A stretch of 63,178 nucleotides of DNA, counting the filler, from Choristocarpus tenellus KU-1152 (lineage: Eukaryota > Protista > Phaeophyceae): NCBI GenBank assembly GCA_964200185.2. It is 12 parts of 12 records of this genome, joined end to end, with 100 filler letters (N's around TTAATTAATTAA, not from the genome) between each part and the next. Parts side by side here need not be neighbours in the genome. Positions count along the whole stretch, not along the records: positions 24,972 to 28,598 come from CAXNAD020018870.1; positions 28,699 to 34,635 come from CAXNAD020009368.1; positions 34,736 to 39,429 come from CAXNAD020013439.1; positions 39,530 to 44,524 come from CAXNAD020012242.1; 8 more parts are not named here. The stretch is one strand, 5' to 3'. The translations under genes and the position numbers were made by a program. The first letter of the stretch is position 1; each line of letters starts with the position of its first letter. Shown piece by piece: positions 25,711-39,594 of this stretch. The notes beneath the pieces are model-generated. The model saw nothing but the letters and a program-made list of their open reading frames with translations. It ran no database searches and was not told where the DNA came from.

Positions 25711-27634
25711 CTCTCATTGGCGAGTTGAGCAAGAGCAATGGCAGCAGGTGTATGTCTGGAATCCAAGTGAACAAGTGAGACCCCCTCCAACAATGCAGGG
25801 GTGATCTCACTTGGTAGTATGTCTTTTTCATTGTTTGTTCAAATAGAAGAGAGCAATTATGTTGCATAGGGACAGAAAAGGGCCTGCATTAGCCAACACA
25901 AACGTAAATACTGTCATCATCAATATTAGGGAACCGGGCCTGACTACTTCTGACCCCATTACAAGTACAGCATGGCATAGAGTTGAGGTCAAGGTGATGA
26001 AAACTGATCTCGTACACACAAACATTAAAAAATCGTCAACTTTTGCACCCATTCCGTCCATGTTCGATCACATTCAATCATGTTGTAATGAGAACCTATT
26101 AATAGTGGGCTCTCATATTGTTACATTCAATCGTGTTGTAATGAGAACCCAACAATAGTGGACTCTACTCATCTTGTCCCACACATACAAAAACAACCAT
26201 TTCTTCAGGCATCCTTTAACTGGGTGAGCACAAGAACTTTACCACGGTAGTGTCTCGCTCGCAAGAACAAACAAAAACAGGTACACCTCTATAATCTATT
26301 ATCTACCGAACCAAAAACATCTCCCCGCATCCATACCACTTCTCACACTGTATTAGCAATGGGGCATTTGGTTTAATGGCAGTTGGCTTGCCTTCTGTCT
26401 GTGGAGTGTGGATGCATGTGCGTGTGGCACCCTCAGCATCAACAATTATGTATGTGAACGCAGAGGGGGTAGCCTCGCTGACTATCACATGAGATGTGTC
26501 CACTCCTTCCCTCTCCAGGCCCTCAAGGATCAATCTCCCGTTGCCGTCATTTCCCACCTTAGATGCAAGGGCAGCATCGAGGCCCAAACGGCTTATGCTG
26601 AACGGTAAACAAGGTGAAAAGTTATATATAAGAAGTGAAAGGAGATCACGGATAAAGCACGATGTACGTTTAGGCTCAGGATGAGCAGGGTCGATCTTCG
26701 AGGCACAAAGTTGATTCTAGGCCCCGGTGGGAGTCTTACTGGGAATGTGGGGTGCAAGGGTGTGAGTAGGAAGGCTTTGGTTGTAGATGGAAGTCACACC
26801 GAGAGTCAGAAAACGAGATTGCTCATAGAAAAACTGGTGGAAATGCATGGCGACCGCAAGTATGAGAAACTACTCCCTTGGATAGGGTGTACTTGCACCT
26901 ACAGCGATCCAGAGTTACCCTACAACAACATGCGAGTAGTCTTATCCAGTCGCCATGGCAACGCTATTTGCGCGAGTACTTGCATTGCGCTGATCACTCA
27001 CCCCACTAGTGTATTCCCACAATTGCCGCCGCCCATTATATCCAAGGATCTCGTGCGTACCTTGGCATCTGCCGCAGGATACCTGCAGCATATGCATCAT
27101 ATAGCAATGAGGTCAACCAGGGAAATAACGGTAGATCTTGCTTCAGGTCTTAATCATCAGACTGATACAAGCATTGAAGGCATACGGAGAATCAGCAGAT
27201 TTTTTCGTGTAGTATTTTTTCCACGAAATTCCTACACCTTACAGGAGTAGCAAGGCCCCACTACATATTAATCCAAAGGAATTGAAGGTCCCTACAACGT
27301 TCATCCTTCCTGTGTTACAAACAAAATGCAATACCAATGCTGACCTATCCACAAGGGCGATGAAGTCCACGCCGGAAGAACCAAGTCCTAGCACTCTTGG
27401 CACCTTTCCTCTGTTCCTTGCCAGAGAGTAACCATCGAGATCCTCATGAAGTGGCACAGACATGGACGCACTGCAGGCAGCTCTGTGCCTCTGCAGTTGG
27501 GAAAGCTGGAAGGCAGGCACCTTGTATTCAAAACCTCGGTTGTCTTGGTAATGACGGTCTGGGGAAAGGATCATTGGACGTGCGTAGCAAATATACAACA
27601 AAGAGGTCATTGAATGTAAGGAGATTGGTTGCAT
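25711..27634 (-). CDS. PfkB/ribokinase-family carbohydrate kinase, 3' incomplete; exons 27634-27345, 27082-27002, 26597-26392, 25822-25711
   Basis: Spliced translation: ...VLGLGSSGVDFIALVDR-YPAADAKVRTRSLDIMGGGNCGNTLVG-ISRLGLDAALASKVGNDGNGRLILEGLEREGVDTSHV...FTYIIVDAEGATRTCIHTPQTE-DILPSEITPALLEGVSLVHLDSRHTPAAIALAQ. It carries the PfkB signature 1 region (GGGN..N...RLG....KVGND..G). Phases are consistent (2,2,1). The ~75-aa N-terminal extension may be a targeting peptide, and the start codon is uncertain. Confidence 0.9.
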
Positions 27635-29337
27635 CTATGCCTTCGAATAGCAAAACAGTCTCACACCAAACCACCTACCGAAGCTCCCAGCCGATCCCCT
27701 GCCAAGAGTACTTATCACGGTCGCAAGGACAATATCTCTCCACTGGATGTACATGAGCCGCTCTGTGTGGTAACAACGATGAGGTTGGAAGAGGGTGCAA
27801 TGTGGAGTTGTAACAATCTTAAACACTAGTAGTAATAGTACAGAACTAGATGTACATTCTAAATACATAAATATACATACACAATTGTAATAACTCTACT
27901 ATAATAGTTGCTGTACCTGTAGTAGTGTTGGTAGTGTTAGTAGTAGGAGGAGGAGGGAGTAGTAGTAGTAGTAGTGGTGGTGGTGGTGGTGGTGGTAGTG
28001 AAGGTAGTATTCTCGTATCTCACTCACTGTGAAGACCACAGACGCATGAATTTCGATTGTTCGAACTCCTTCTACACACTAGTCTTAATGAAAAGATGTT
28101 TTCAATAATATTGGTGGTGTGTGTACCACTGACGTTAGGCAGGGTCCAATCCGTCGTGAGATGTGTTCACTATCACCAGTTGTGTCTAAGGGAGGTTGCT
28201 TCAACAAACCCCAAAGCCCTCACAAATATCAAATTTTGGGATGAATCGATGGTTGACATCACATTGTCACCATGATGAGAACGTCACCAATAAAAAAGAA
28301 ATGTGCCCACAACACGCTTGTGTGTGCGCGCGGAAATGGATGTGACTGAGATCAACTCCTACATTCAAGGCGTTTCATGTACTATTGTGCACATGTGTTA
28401 CAAACATACCATAATGGGTATGTAGCTCCAATCCACAAGTCTGTTGGCTGAACACAAGGGTCGTAGAGGACGCCATAAAGGAAATGTCAAATATGCTGAA
28501 TCTCTCACTTCAATTGTTCACTTTGAAGGAACAGGGGAATCTCAAAATTGAGGAAGGCGCGGGACTATGAGGATGGGTTTTTTGCGAAAACGGTGTTANN
28601 NNNNNNNNNNNNNNNNNNNNNNNNNNNNNNNNNNNNNNNNNNTTAATTAATTAANNNNNNNNNNNNNNNNNNNNNNNNNNNNNNNNNNNNNNNNNNNNGG
28701 GGGGGGGATGAGGGGTCTACAATGTGTTACACTCAATGAAGCCTGATATTGGAAGGAGTTTGGGGTTTGGAATTGGGGCAGGGGGACCAGGTCGAAAAAG
28801 GTGCTGGCATGGGCAGTGGCCATAAAGCGGTTGTTGCATCAATAAACACTTAGTTCGCTAGACCAATACCTGCTGAATCATCAGTACAGGGGACCGAGAC
28901 TGCAGTCACCTCCTGACAGCGACGCCTTTTGTTTTAACAAAACCGAGATCAAATCACCACTACTGCAAACGTGGAGTGGTGTGGTGCTCGCGGTGCTGCT
29001 AAAATCCATACTTTTGAAGCTTTTTTGGTAGAGCAACGGGATCGTGGAGACACCCTAACCCCTAACCCTAATGTTCTCGAGCAAATCTGCTTAGAACACT
29101 CAGACTGGCTACGGCAACAATGCCAACTATTACTACTACTGCTACTACAACAACAACACTAATAACAAAGTTAGAAAACCCTAACCCTACTACTACTACT
29201 ACTACAACAACAACAAAAACAAAAACAACAACAACAATAACAACACTAATAACAAAGTTAGAGCAGCTGAGAGATACGCATACACACAACCTGTTCCCTC
29301 AGGCACAGTCGAGTTGTATGACCCACCCCCCTGGAAG

Positions 29338-31887
29338 TTAGGAATGTTCGATGATCGCTGCAAGGTCACGGCCGACCTGTAAGGTGTGCAGGGCCTTCAC
29401 CCCCAGAGCACAAGTACATCTACAGAAAAAAAAAAAAAAAAAAACACCTTCCCGCCTCAGAACAACAAAATTCTCATCATCCGCAAATACTTGCACCTCC
29501 TTTGAACACAGGGGTAAGTAAACACCGACTGATTTCATCCCACCTACGTTGGACGTAGGGCTGCTATTTTTTACACAAGAAAAGAAAAGAACTAGCGCAA
29601 AACAGTGTCATGCTAGGCGGCGACACGCTCCTGCAAAGTGATGGAACTCCCTCCCTTTTTAAACCGAAATTTAACCTGGTCCATGCGAGGCAAAACCAAA
29701 ACCGTGACGGGTGCCATGCTAAGAATGGTCAACTCTGTGCACATCCCAAGACTTCGGATCCCGACCGGTCCTACCAGATTGGAAGCACCAAAAAAAACAC
29801 AAGAATTTTCCCCCAAGTATCCCTTTGTACGTGTTCACGCACGAATGCAGGGGGCGACAAACTTGGAGGGTAAGCCAGCTCACCTATTCCTCCACAGCAC
29901 CTCCCCCGCGATGATGCAGTGGAGTTTACCCTTACGAAAGTCACCAAGGAGCAATCGCTTGGACCCCATCTTTTTTGTGAACAAATCCCTGCCCCATTCG
30001 CGCATGCTGAGATCCCATTCCACCCAGCAGTTTCAACAGTTTCAAAGGGCGGAAAGAAATGGGCAGGCTTGTGTGAGAACAACCTAGTAGTAGGTGCAAG
30101 CTGAGAGAGGGAGGTTATTTTCATTAGAAGATCGTCCTTCAGAGCATTGGGATGCTGAATCCCTCCATACTATTATTGTCTCTGAAGAACAAGAGGACAA
30201 GAACCGAGCAGGCACTGAAAGGGCTTTCGAGCGGTTTGATTGGGTTAGGTGATTCAACTGCTCAGATGCTCCACAACAAAAAAAATGGGAATGCTGTTGT
30301 GTGAGATTGCTTGTGTGCGCTGCTACGTAAGTGAAGGACGGGATAGCTTTGGGAGCCACAATTGCGGTAGTCTGCAGCGGGTATTTTACCTGCTGAGTAA
30401 GCCTAGATACTCTATATAGTGTTCTTCTTCCCTCAAATGCTTCCGTTTCTTGGCTGATGCCTTGAACCGAATCAAGGCATCATTGCACTCCTGCCATGTC
30501 ATCCACCAGGTACTGATCCGTGTCAGTAACAAATTCACAGAAAGGTAGTTTGAGAGGAATGGGAGAGGGAGGAAGTATGTCACCCCCTACTTCTAACATA
30601 GGCAAACTGTGCAGATGCTTTTTCACATTTCGTGCCCTTAAAGTCTGAGATGGGATATTCACTCCCCCACCGGAACTCTATGGTGGGTGTTCCAATTATG
30701 ATAGTATTATGGAAGAAAACAAAGAAAAGAGGACAATTAGAGAACCGAATACAATTTGTTGGGCAACAGTGTCAGCTCTTGGCACTAGTAGACAGCAAAC
30801 CACCAATGTTGTTGCGTTACTCAACTATTCTACAGTACTATTCTACAGTATATTGTTGTCAGTTTCACTGCACTATGCTAATGTAGCTCATTGCAGTCCT
30901 CTGCTGCAAGCTGCATGCATGGTAAAGGCTACTCACAACATCAAACCCAACGCTTCTTCGTTGACCATCAAGCTAGCTACCACTGGCACATTGGAGGTTG
31001 GTACGGGTATTGAAAAGGGAATTGTTCTGTTGTCTTCGTTAGGTCAGGGATGGGACAAATGTCCCTCATCAAGGCGCCGCCCACGTTGCCTTTCCGTTAC
31101 AGGAAGAAATAGCGAGCTTGTGGTGGACTTCAAATATGTGCTACCCCTTCCACTCTCTCTGGTGATTATAAACACGACCTCCATTGGTTCACCTCAGGAG
31201 ACAAGTGACGCAGTCCATCCTCCCCGTCGCCGCCCCCACGCTGTCTGATCTGGATCGTTGTTAACAGATAGCCGCGAGCAAGGGTGTGCAAGGCGATTTC
31301 GATGGGAATGCGAAGTCGAGGGAATAACTTCGCACAGGAATAAAGATCGCTCTTCATCAGGGGTACCTTCTCCACAACGAGCACTTGCAAAAGGTAAGTT
31401 GGACAGGAAGACAAAGCGCAGCAGACAGGACATAGCACGGCTCCTGCCGAACATGGCCCGAAGCTGTAATATAGTCGCCACTCAAAGCCGAGTTGCAACT
31501 GGGTACTTCCACTTTAGGTATCCAAGCCCACCCACAAGCCTCAGTCAACTATAGGTCCTCCAAAAAAACTGAAGAGAGGGATTGACTACGAGGGACGTGG
31601 AGTATACACGAGAGGCATGTCACCTTTGGGTTTCCAGGCGGAGCAATAGCGGACCCAACACTTGATAGGATAACCCTTTGATCCCGAACGACGTTCAAAT
31701 TACGCTGCCAGGGCCTCTCAGGGACTTGGTGAGACAATATACCAAGGTTGTAGTTCCGAAGGTGACCACTGTCGATCGTGCCCCGTGCCAGCGTGCTAAA
31801 TGCAGAGGGAGCGTTATAGAAAGCGAGGACCCCTTTCACATGGCGCAGTAGGAGCACAGCTGTTGTTCCACAGATACTGGGCTTCAT
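29338..31887 (-). CDS. Hypothetical 275-aa protein with probable signal and plastid transit peptide; exons 31887-31624, 31366-31240, 31089-30981, 30512-30390, 30006-29884, 29419-29338
   Basis: Six exons joined by GT-AG introns with consistent phases give one open frame from ATG to TAA (828 nt). The N-terminus MKPSICGTTAVLLLRHVKGVLA-FYNAPSAF resembles an ochrophyte bipartite presequence. No domain was recognised, and the exon 2 boundaries are the least certain. Confidence 0.55.
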
Positions 31888-33832
31888 CGTGTTTCTCTTG
31901 ACGGCAAAACGTCGGGATATTGTGTGTTTGGGTCAGCAACAGATGGTTTGCATCTCCTGGGTATCATGCAAAATCGTCCACCAAGGCAACCAGTAGACTA
32001 AGACTACCGTGTATATATCCGCGACCACGACAACACCCGGCCTCTAGCAGCTTACTTAATGGTTTACCCTGTATACCTTTGTTAAACTCTTAACTATCAA
32101 CTTAATAATGCCTCACTCTCACTACTGAAATGAGGAGTATCAAGGAATAAAAAAAATAAGGTGAAACCGTCATTTCAGGTCACTTCTTGTTTGGTTCTTG
32201 GAATATATCAACCACCGTGTTTTTAATGTTGTACTTGGAAGAATGTAGTACAGAGTACTAATGATGTTTGTATCTTGGATAGATAAATTCCTGGACAACA
32301 CATACAGCCCACAAATTCAGGGAGTCTAGGAAGACGTCAATGCCCACCTCTAGTGTACAGGATATATTCGATTTTGATCAGGTCGCAGGTAATGACCTTG
32401 TTGATTGAGTTCCTCCTCAGCATTATTTCTTTATTTCTTGTTGGTGTGGAGATACAGCAACCTGTATCCAAAATAATTTCTCTTCTTCTGGTACGTAACT
32501 TGAAGGCATCACGAGGAATAAAGTTGAAATCCCTGGTGGCATCCACCATCTGCTTTCTAATTATGTATTTTGCCACAACAACAAAAAATCGTGTTCCTAA
32601 CTTGACATTTCTTTCCACTCCATTCCAGGAGAAGCTGGAGATGTGGCCCGGGAAGCTGTCAGTGGTGTCCTGGATGGCCGGATATATTCCCATGGGAAGG
32701 TTGGCAACACCATTCATCACCTATTTCTACTTCCATTGTTTGTTCACTGCTGCTGTTATGGGTGATGGGTATGAACTTCTAACCATTCGTTCAGTCCTAT
32801 GCTACCCTTATCACACCCACCAGATGGAGTGTTCCTGGTCACCCACCACTTGCTTTATTTGATGGTATCGACTGATTAGATGCACGGTACATGATCTCTG
32901 TCACTGCCTTGGCATGTGTGTCCTAGCTGTCTACTCCGCACATCGTGCCATACCAGCTGTTGTTGTTATTACCTGATGCCCAAGAAGATCGAAAAGATTC
33001 CCACTCACACCTGCTCACTGAAAAAAAATGATTAACCCCAGCTCTTACTTACTACCTTTGCCCAAAACACAACTGACTCTCTTCAGGTTGCCGAGTGGAC
33101 AGATGCCATCACAATGGCATGCATCGCGGGGCTTACAGCACTCTGTAAAAACTTCAAGTATGGGGTATGTAGCAGATAATGTTTCTTTCCCTTGAAGTCT
33201 TGGGACCTCCTCCTTCACACGCGGCTGTTGGTTGATCGTAATTCACCGTTTATTTTCACAATGAAGGCGCTATTAGTCTACTCTTCCACGCAGAAACATT
33301 GACATTCTGCTGTATCTGCAAACAGGTGCAAGCATTAGTCTCTTGAGAGATGTCAAAATATCATCTGTGGCATGCATCCATGGCACCACTAGTAGAGAAG
33401 GCAACAATGCAATAATGTACTGTATGTAACTACAGTGGCAACACTTCCCCCCCTGAAAAATAGGTCTGAGAATAAGAATATGACATGAAACCAAGGTCCT
33501 CAGAGTGATATGGCTGTAATATTTAGTTAGGAAACACTTCATTTCAAACACAAATGTGAATACCACACCATCTCTTATAACTCCATCTAGTGCACAATGA
33601 GTCCCTTATCACCCTGTGTCCTTGCCTAAGCCTGATCCCATCCAAGATGCATGTAAGCATCCTCTTTTGGGGGGAAACAGCACTTGACCTGCCACTGAAA
33701 TATTTTTAGCCCATCTCTCCTTCGTAGTAGTCACCCCTGTCAAAATATTTTGATTTGGGGGAAACAGGAATGGACCTGCCCCTGAATTATGTTGAGCCCG
33801 TCTCTCTTGCATAGTTGCCATCGTTGTCAATT

Positions 33833-34091
33833 GAGCCAAAGTATCTTAGAGGATAGGGCTGCGTCCATTTGGGGGCCAAAATCCAATGTTGCGATTTTGA
33901 TGTAATTTTGGCTGTTGTGTTTGTTAAGAAGTGTCAATATCCTTGTTCCGAACACACCTCTTCATAAGGTATACCTTTTACCTACTCCAAAACGTTTTGG
34001 AGTAGGAAAATGTAATTTTAAAAAACATGGGAAGCCAAGCCACAAATGGACAAAAAGGGCAAAACTCGTACCCTCTAAGATACTCTCACTC
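33833..34091 (+). mobile_element. MITE family B copy
   Basis: gagccaaagtatcttagagg...ccctctaagatactctcactc, 259 bp. Confidence 0.9.
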
Positions 34092-34427
34092 AACTCTCAA
34101 GGCTGAACCACTCCGACAAGTCAATTCCAGAGGGATGCAGGATGGCAAAAAAAGAGTCAGGACATTTTTCTTTGTGCTGGACAAATAGGTGCAAAGGGAT
34201 CAGTTTGTAGGGCGGACTGGTTCCCTGTCTTGTTGTGTGTTCCGACTGAGACAAGAGTAAAACAGTCACCCCTTTGGGGCCAACACAACATATATATAAA
34301 TATATATATATATATGTACCCTTTCGATAACTCAATCCATTATCATCACCACCAATACTGCAAAAGGAGTGTCTCATTGGTTGTGTGTTTTACACAATAG
34401 TCGCGATTCTGTCTCAAATAACCTGTG

Positions 34428-34573
34428 CGGGGGGGTGCCGGCTGTCCATTTGGAGCTCATTTTTCCTTCTAGTAGTTTTTGGATAATTTGGGTGTATGTA
34501 TCGGATGGATAGTTTAAGTTCACTTGTCCTGGTCAGGGCCCAAATGGACACCCTGGTGTACCCCCCCCCCCCC
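34428..34573 (+). mobile_element. Degenerate or low-quality MITE family A copy near contig end
   Basis: ggctgtccatttgg...cggatggata...ccaaatggacaccctggtgta. The termini are lost. Confidence 0.7.
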
Positions 34574-37500
34574 AAAAAAAAACAAAAAACGTCACAGAAA
34601 AGAACAGAAACAGGAAAAAAAAGAGCACACCCAACNNNNNNNNNNNNNNNNNNNNNNNNNNNNNNNNNNNNNNNNNNNNTTAATTAATTAANNNNNNNNN
34701 NNNNNNNNNNNNNNNNNNNNNNNNNNNNNNNNNNNTGTGTGTCGGCGATCCCAAAAAGGAAGCTGTCCCTGACAGTAGTAGTAGTTGAATAGAGAATGTT
34801 CAAAACATAAAAGAAATCAAAATACACACAATCAAACCGTCCATCATTCATTTCTTCTCATCAGTAAGCAACACCGTATAAAATAAGGTTGAGCACTACC
34901 TCCACCTATATTTCTCCATGTTCAGATGCAGCATATACTGAGGATGCCTAGGTGTAACGCCGAGCCACGCTGGTTCATTGTGCGGCTTATTCTACTGGGA
35001 TCAGTTCACATCGCCCTCTCCATAGCTCCAATACAAAAAAAAACATATCGACACTTTATCCCAGTCAATTTTGGGAAAAGACGAATCACAATGAAAAGCT
35101 CCATCCTCAATTTTTGAAATCGGCTGTTTGATGCCTTTGTAACCCAAATTATCGTTCCAGCATCTCCCCATGTCGGTATCTGTAACACCAACACCCTTCT
35201 TTTGGTACTTCCAGGATCTCCATATTTTTTTACAATTGTCTTCCTATCGATGATGTCAAGCTTCTTGACTCATTTCATATCGCTGTGGATCCAAGAAGAC
35301 CATCTTACTACCTTGAAGGAGCCTCGTGGTTGTTGCCCTCCATTGCCATTCGTCAGATTCTTTCTTTTGGCGATCTCAAGCATTCTTTGAACCGAATTTC
35401 ATATATCGAAGTACATAATCGTTTTGGCTCATCCAAGTTGAGACAATGCTTGACAACTTATTTTGTTTTTGTCATTGTTACGCCCCCTAAGCACTGGTAT
35501 TTAGCAGATAGATGTTGGGATAGAGGAAACAAGAAGACTAAACAAAGTGTAGCTCTATAAATGAAAAGGGATACAACAAACCCGGACAACAATAATCTGC
35601 CATAGTACATAGCAGTAAAAGTCTTCTGATACACCAACGAGAGTTGCAGTGTATTTGAAAACAAAGAACAAGGATAAACAAAAAAATAATATTGTTGCTA
35701 CTGCATGTCAAAAACCAACAATGGTTATATAATCAAAGTAGCCAAGAGGGAAATGCTACTGGGCTTTAAGAACTCCTCTCCTTCTTTGGTGGCATTTGCT
35801 TTTGGAGCACGCAGTCGATCACTGTAGAGTGCATTTTGGCAGTTTTGTTAGTACAATCGGTTTGCAGATGATACTTGTCCTTGTCTCTAATCTCTTTTTC
35901 AAATGCCTTTTGACTTCTTTAAACGAAATCGGAAAACCCTTTGAAACTCAAGACAGTCAAAAACAAACTCCATCGGTTACTTCAACCCATTCCATATTAT
36001 TATCTAATCAACAACTTCCTCCTCTACAAACAATGCGCAGATAGATTGACCATGGATGAGAGTATAGTATGCTTGGAGAATGATTGGTTATCTTGAACTA
36101 TGGGGTAGGGGATGGCTGACGTGTAAAGGACGCCAATAAATGAAGACCTTCAACACAACTGCAACATAGTCATCCTCACCCATATGCCAACCAAGACGAC
36201 AAGAAAAACTGTCCAAATGTGGAGGAACAAATCTTCTGACCGGACTGGTTCCAAAACTCGATGGCATGTCCATATTAGGTCCACAAAACATTGGGGGGGG
36301 CTGTAGAGGTTCCAATATTTACTGACATGCCCAGACCAGGTCCGTCAGACATTGGATCTCGACCAGGTCGTCTGCTAGCCCGTCGCCACACCAAATAATA
36401 ATGTAGTGCATTTTAGATTATACCATGCCAGCCTGGCCCAATCCTCGTAAGAAGTGTCACAATGATGAGGAAGAGAGTAGCTGAAAGCACCAACAAAACT
36501 TTCACTCCTCCCTTGTATTTGGGATCATTTGCGACATCGTTTGATTGGTCAGACCCGAACCATCTTGACCAGCCTGCTCCAGTTTTTCATTTCTTGTCCA
36601 TCACTGTCAACTATTTCTAGATGACAACGCCATGGTTCAGAATGGCACCAAAATATTCTAATAAGGCCGGGCCACAGCCATGAGGCAGCCCGGGGCCAAT
36701 GTAATGGCCCAGACAGATGAAAAGTCTTGAAAAGAATACACTGCTAGCAGAGAAGAAGAAAGTATGGAGATGATAATGGAGGCGGACAAAGGGACAAGTA
36801 AGGATTGGTTCACTTGCAGGAAGAAGGTGATACAACGGGAGGACCCTTACGGCAGTTTGAAGGTCCAAAGAAATGTTCAAGGCTGGGTGACTCGGTCATC
36901 TTCCAACATATTCCAACATAGAATACTAGGACATGGATGCCGATATCCCACAGGACGCACAAAGGTTCCTTATTAACAAGTACACAGGAGTACATCAAAA
37001 CTTATTTTGTGTTCCCACCATTATTCTTATCTCCTTTCTTATCGTTGCGAATGTACGAGGAAAGGGCTAGCATATGTGCCTTAACTTCTTCCTTCATCAT
37101 CATTATATCCTCGATCCATCCACAACCGCATTAATCCCTACTACTTCAAAGCAGTGCTCCACAATGTACCAAATTTTGTGTTTCACACCCAACAATATTT
37201 TCTTTCTTTGCCACCCACCCTGATTTCAAGGTTCACCGAACAGGGCAATATCATTGCATTCGTTGGAGTAGAAGCAAACAAGGGCAAGGAGATTGCACTT
37301 CGGCGGGCAAAACGTTGGAGGACTTTCTTGGCTAAAAGAGATTAGAGAAAGTCCGAGATCCTTCTTACATAGTTTCCTCTTGTCCTTTGAAGCAGGATTT
37401 TTTGCAGGAAGAGAGATCAATCGCTGTGATCCACGGTACACGCAAATAGAAGAAACGAAATTGTCAATAACCCTACCAGTAGTGGTAAGGACTAGATTTT

Positions 37501-39529
37501 GAGTGCTGTGTCGTATCCATATATATCCTCCAATAGGTCACTGCTTTGTGAATGTTGCTTGCAATAAGTGCGAAAGATAGAACTTTTGTTGGTGGACTAG
37601 AGGAATGAATATATATTGTTGAGATAGCAAATAGGTATAGTTATAGTGGAGTATAGGTGTTTTCAACAATTGCACACCCCCTGAGTTGGTTCAGCAACGA
37701 CTCACTTAGAAAAGCCTTGTTCGACCCAACCAGGCTCATGGTATTGGGTTGAAGAGGGAATCTCGGGTAGGAACGGTGATGTCAGGTGGCGAGGAGGGAC
37801 TGCGCACCTACATTATCCCCAGCCTGATTAAGAAAATCATGCCCGAGAGTGACCAACGGCTTTATCAAATGCTACGATATCTTCCTACAGTGTATTAAGG
37901 CCTACTGACGATGGAAATGTCCGTGTGAACGACAGAGAGCCATAAAATCAATGACAGGAGTAAGGGAGATGGTGTCTGTAACAATAATTATTTGAAGTAA
38001 TAAATGGAGGGATGGAGTAGTACCCACGCCTACGAGATCCTTCAAGCTTCTTATATCAGTATGGAGGATTTTGATTATTGCAATAGCGGGTTAATATTGT
38101 AGTAATGATGAATATTACTGTTTCTACTAACGTTACATAGAGGGATGGAGTGGCTAAGCCTACGAGATGCTTATCAAAGTCGTTGCTGTGTTCTGTTAGT
38201 TCAGTGGTATTTCAAGCCCTAGAAGTATTGCTAGTGGTGTATGCTATTAGCCATATCAACAACCTTCCTTAACGCCCAATATCGGTCTCTACGCTTCAAG
38301 AAGAATCGATCAACTTTGTGCACTACGCGCATTATACACGTACATAGAAATAAAGGGAGTTTGCTACCTCTAAAAGACGATCCGGTCTTGGTCCTCTCTC
38401 ATTGTAGCAGTATGTACCTCACCTCTCACCTCTCCCTCTTCCTTCCTACTGCCACGTATGTGGACAAAGTCGGGCTCAATTGTTGGGGCAGTTCCTACGT
38501 CTTCGACCCCAACAAGGTTGTCTAAATCAAAGAAGAGGAGGTATACCACGAGTATGAGAATCCAACATCTTGAAGACAACGATCAGCACGAGAGGATGAC
38601 CTTCCCTGGGAAGCATGCTGTTAGGATGGAAGTCAAGCTCTATTTCGTATTGCGGAGAGATTGTTCAGTGTAGAACCTTCAATGGTCAGACCAAGATTAA
38701 TCGTGTTTCGTTCTATGCTGCTAAAGAAGGAAAACCGAGAGTTTATGTAGACTTAAATTCTTCAGCTGCATGGACGTGAACAGTGCGTAGGAGGACTACA
38801 TTCAACTCCAAGTGAGAGTCATAAAGACATTCAACAAGTATTAAAGAGAGCTGAGAAAAGGGCAGTGGTATTTCCCACAGTGTACGTCTTGGCTTAGGTT
38901 CTCGTTGTGAACGAAAGTCAGCATGAATTGTCCTGATCAGGAGCTGAAGAGGAGCAAGTCGGGTTAGGCGCAGGTTTATAGGCGCAGGTGAAGAAGAGAT
39001 GACGATGGGCCCGCTCTACCACATTTCGGAGACCTGAATAGAAAGCGTGGTAAACTCAATTGCACTATAGTTATTTGACGGTAGAGGAAGATGTTAATTT
39101 AAAGGAGAAGGAGAGGGACACATGTTCTAAAATTGTCAGGGAAGGCAGCGAGAGTATTAAACGAGGAGGTAATGATGATGATGTTGAAGGTTGAGCTTTA
39201 TATCTGCCGGCAAGGTGATGGGAGACCCCTCCTTCAAGAAAAGAAAGTCTTCCCTATGTCTTTGTTGATAATATGTCAACCAAAATGTTCGATATGAGTT
39301 GAAGACTGAGACAGCAGGGAGGGGAAGGTCGAACGATCGTTCTGGTGGGTAATACTTAATTGTGGGAAGCATGCTTGTCTGTTATTATACCGTTATTGCC
39401 GTATGCCATATACCGTTATACCGTGGTACNNNNNNNNNNNNNNNNNNNNNNNNNNNNNNNNNNNNNNNNNNNNTTAATTAATTAANNNNNNNNNNNNNNN
39501 NNNNNNNNNNNNNNNNNNNNNNNNNNNNN

Positions 39530-39594
39530 CCGGTGATTCTCTTCGCCACCCTTGCCTGAGTGAACCACGCCGCCACAGAATCACACGATTCACA
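39530..39594 (+). repeat. Repeat family G: terminus of a high-copy element (LTR 3' end or LINE tail); near-identical copy at 56552-56616
   Basis: Two contigs start at the same base with ccggtgattctcttc...cacgattcaca (1 mismatch) and then diverge into AT-rich flanks. Confidence 0.75.

Noticed and set aside
18534-31887. Functional gene cluster of bactofilin, PfkB kinase and orphan plastid protein
   Set aside because: The three genes are on different contigs joined artificially, so linkage cannot be inferred.
32337-39372. Fanzor/TnpB or other RNA-guided nuclease, or intact genes, in the ORF-fragment-rich 32-39 kb region
   Set aside because: I found no RuvC (DPG/E/RDxNAA) plus zinc-finger motif series. 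The fragments are stop-ridden and could not be assigned by eye.
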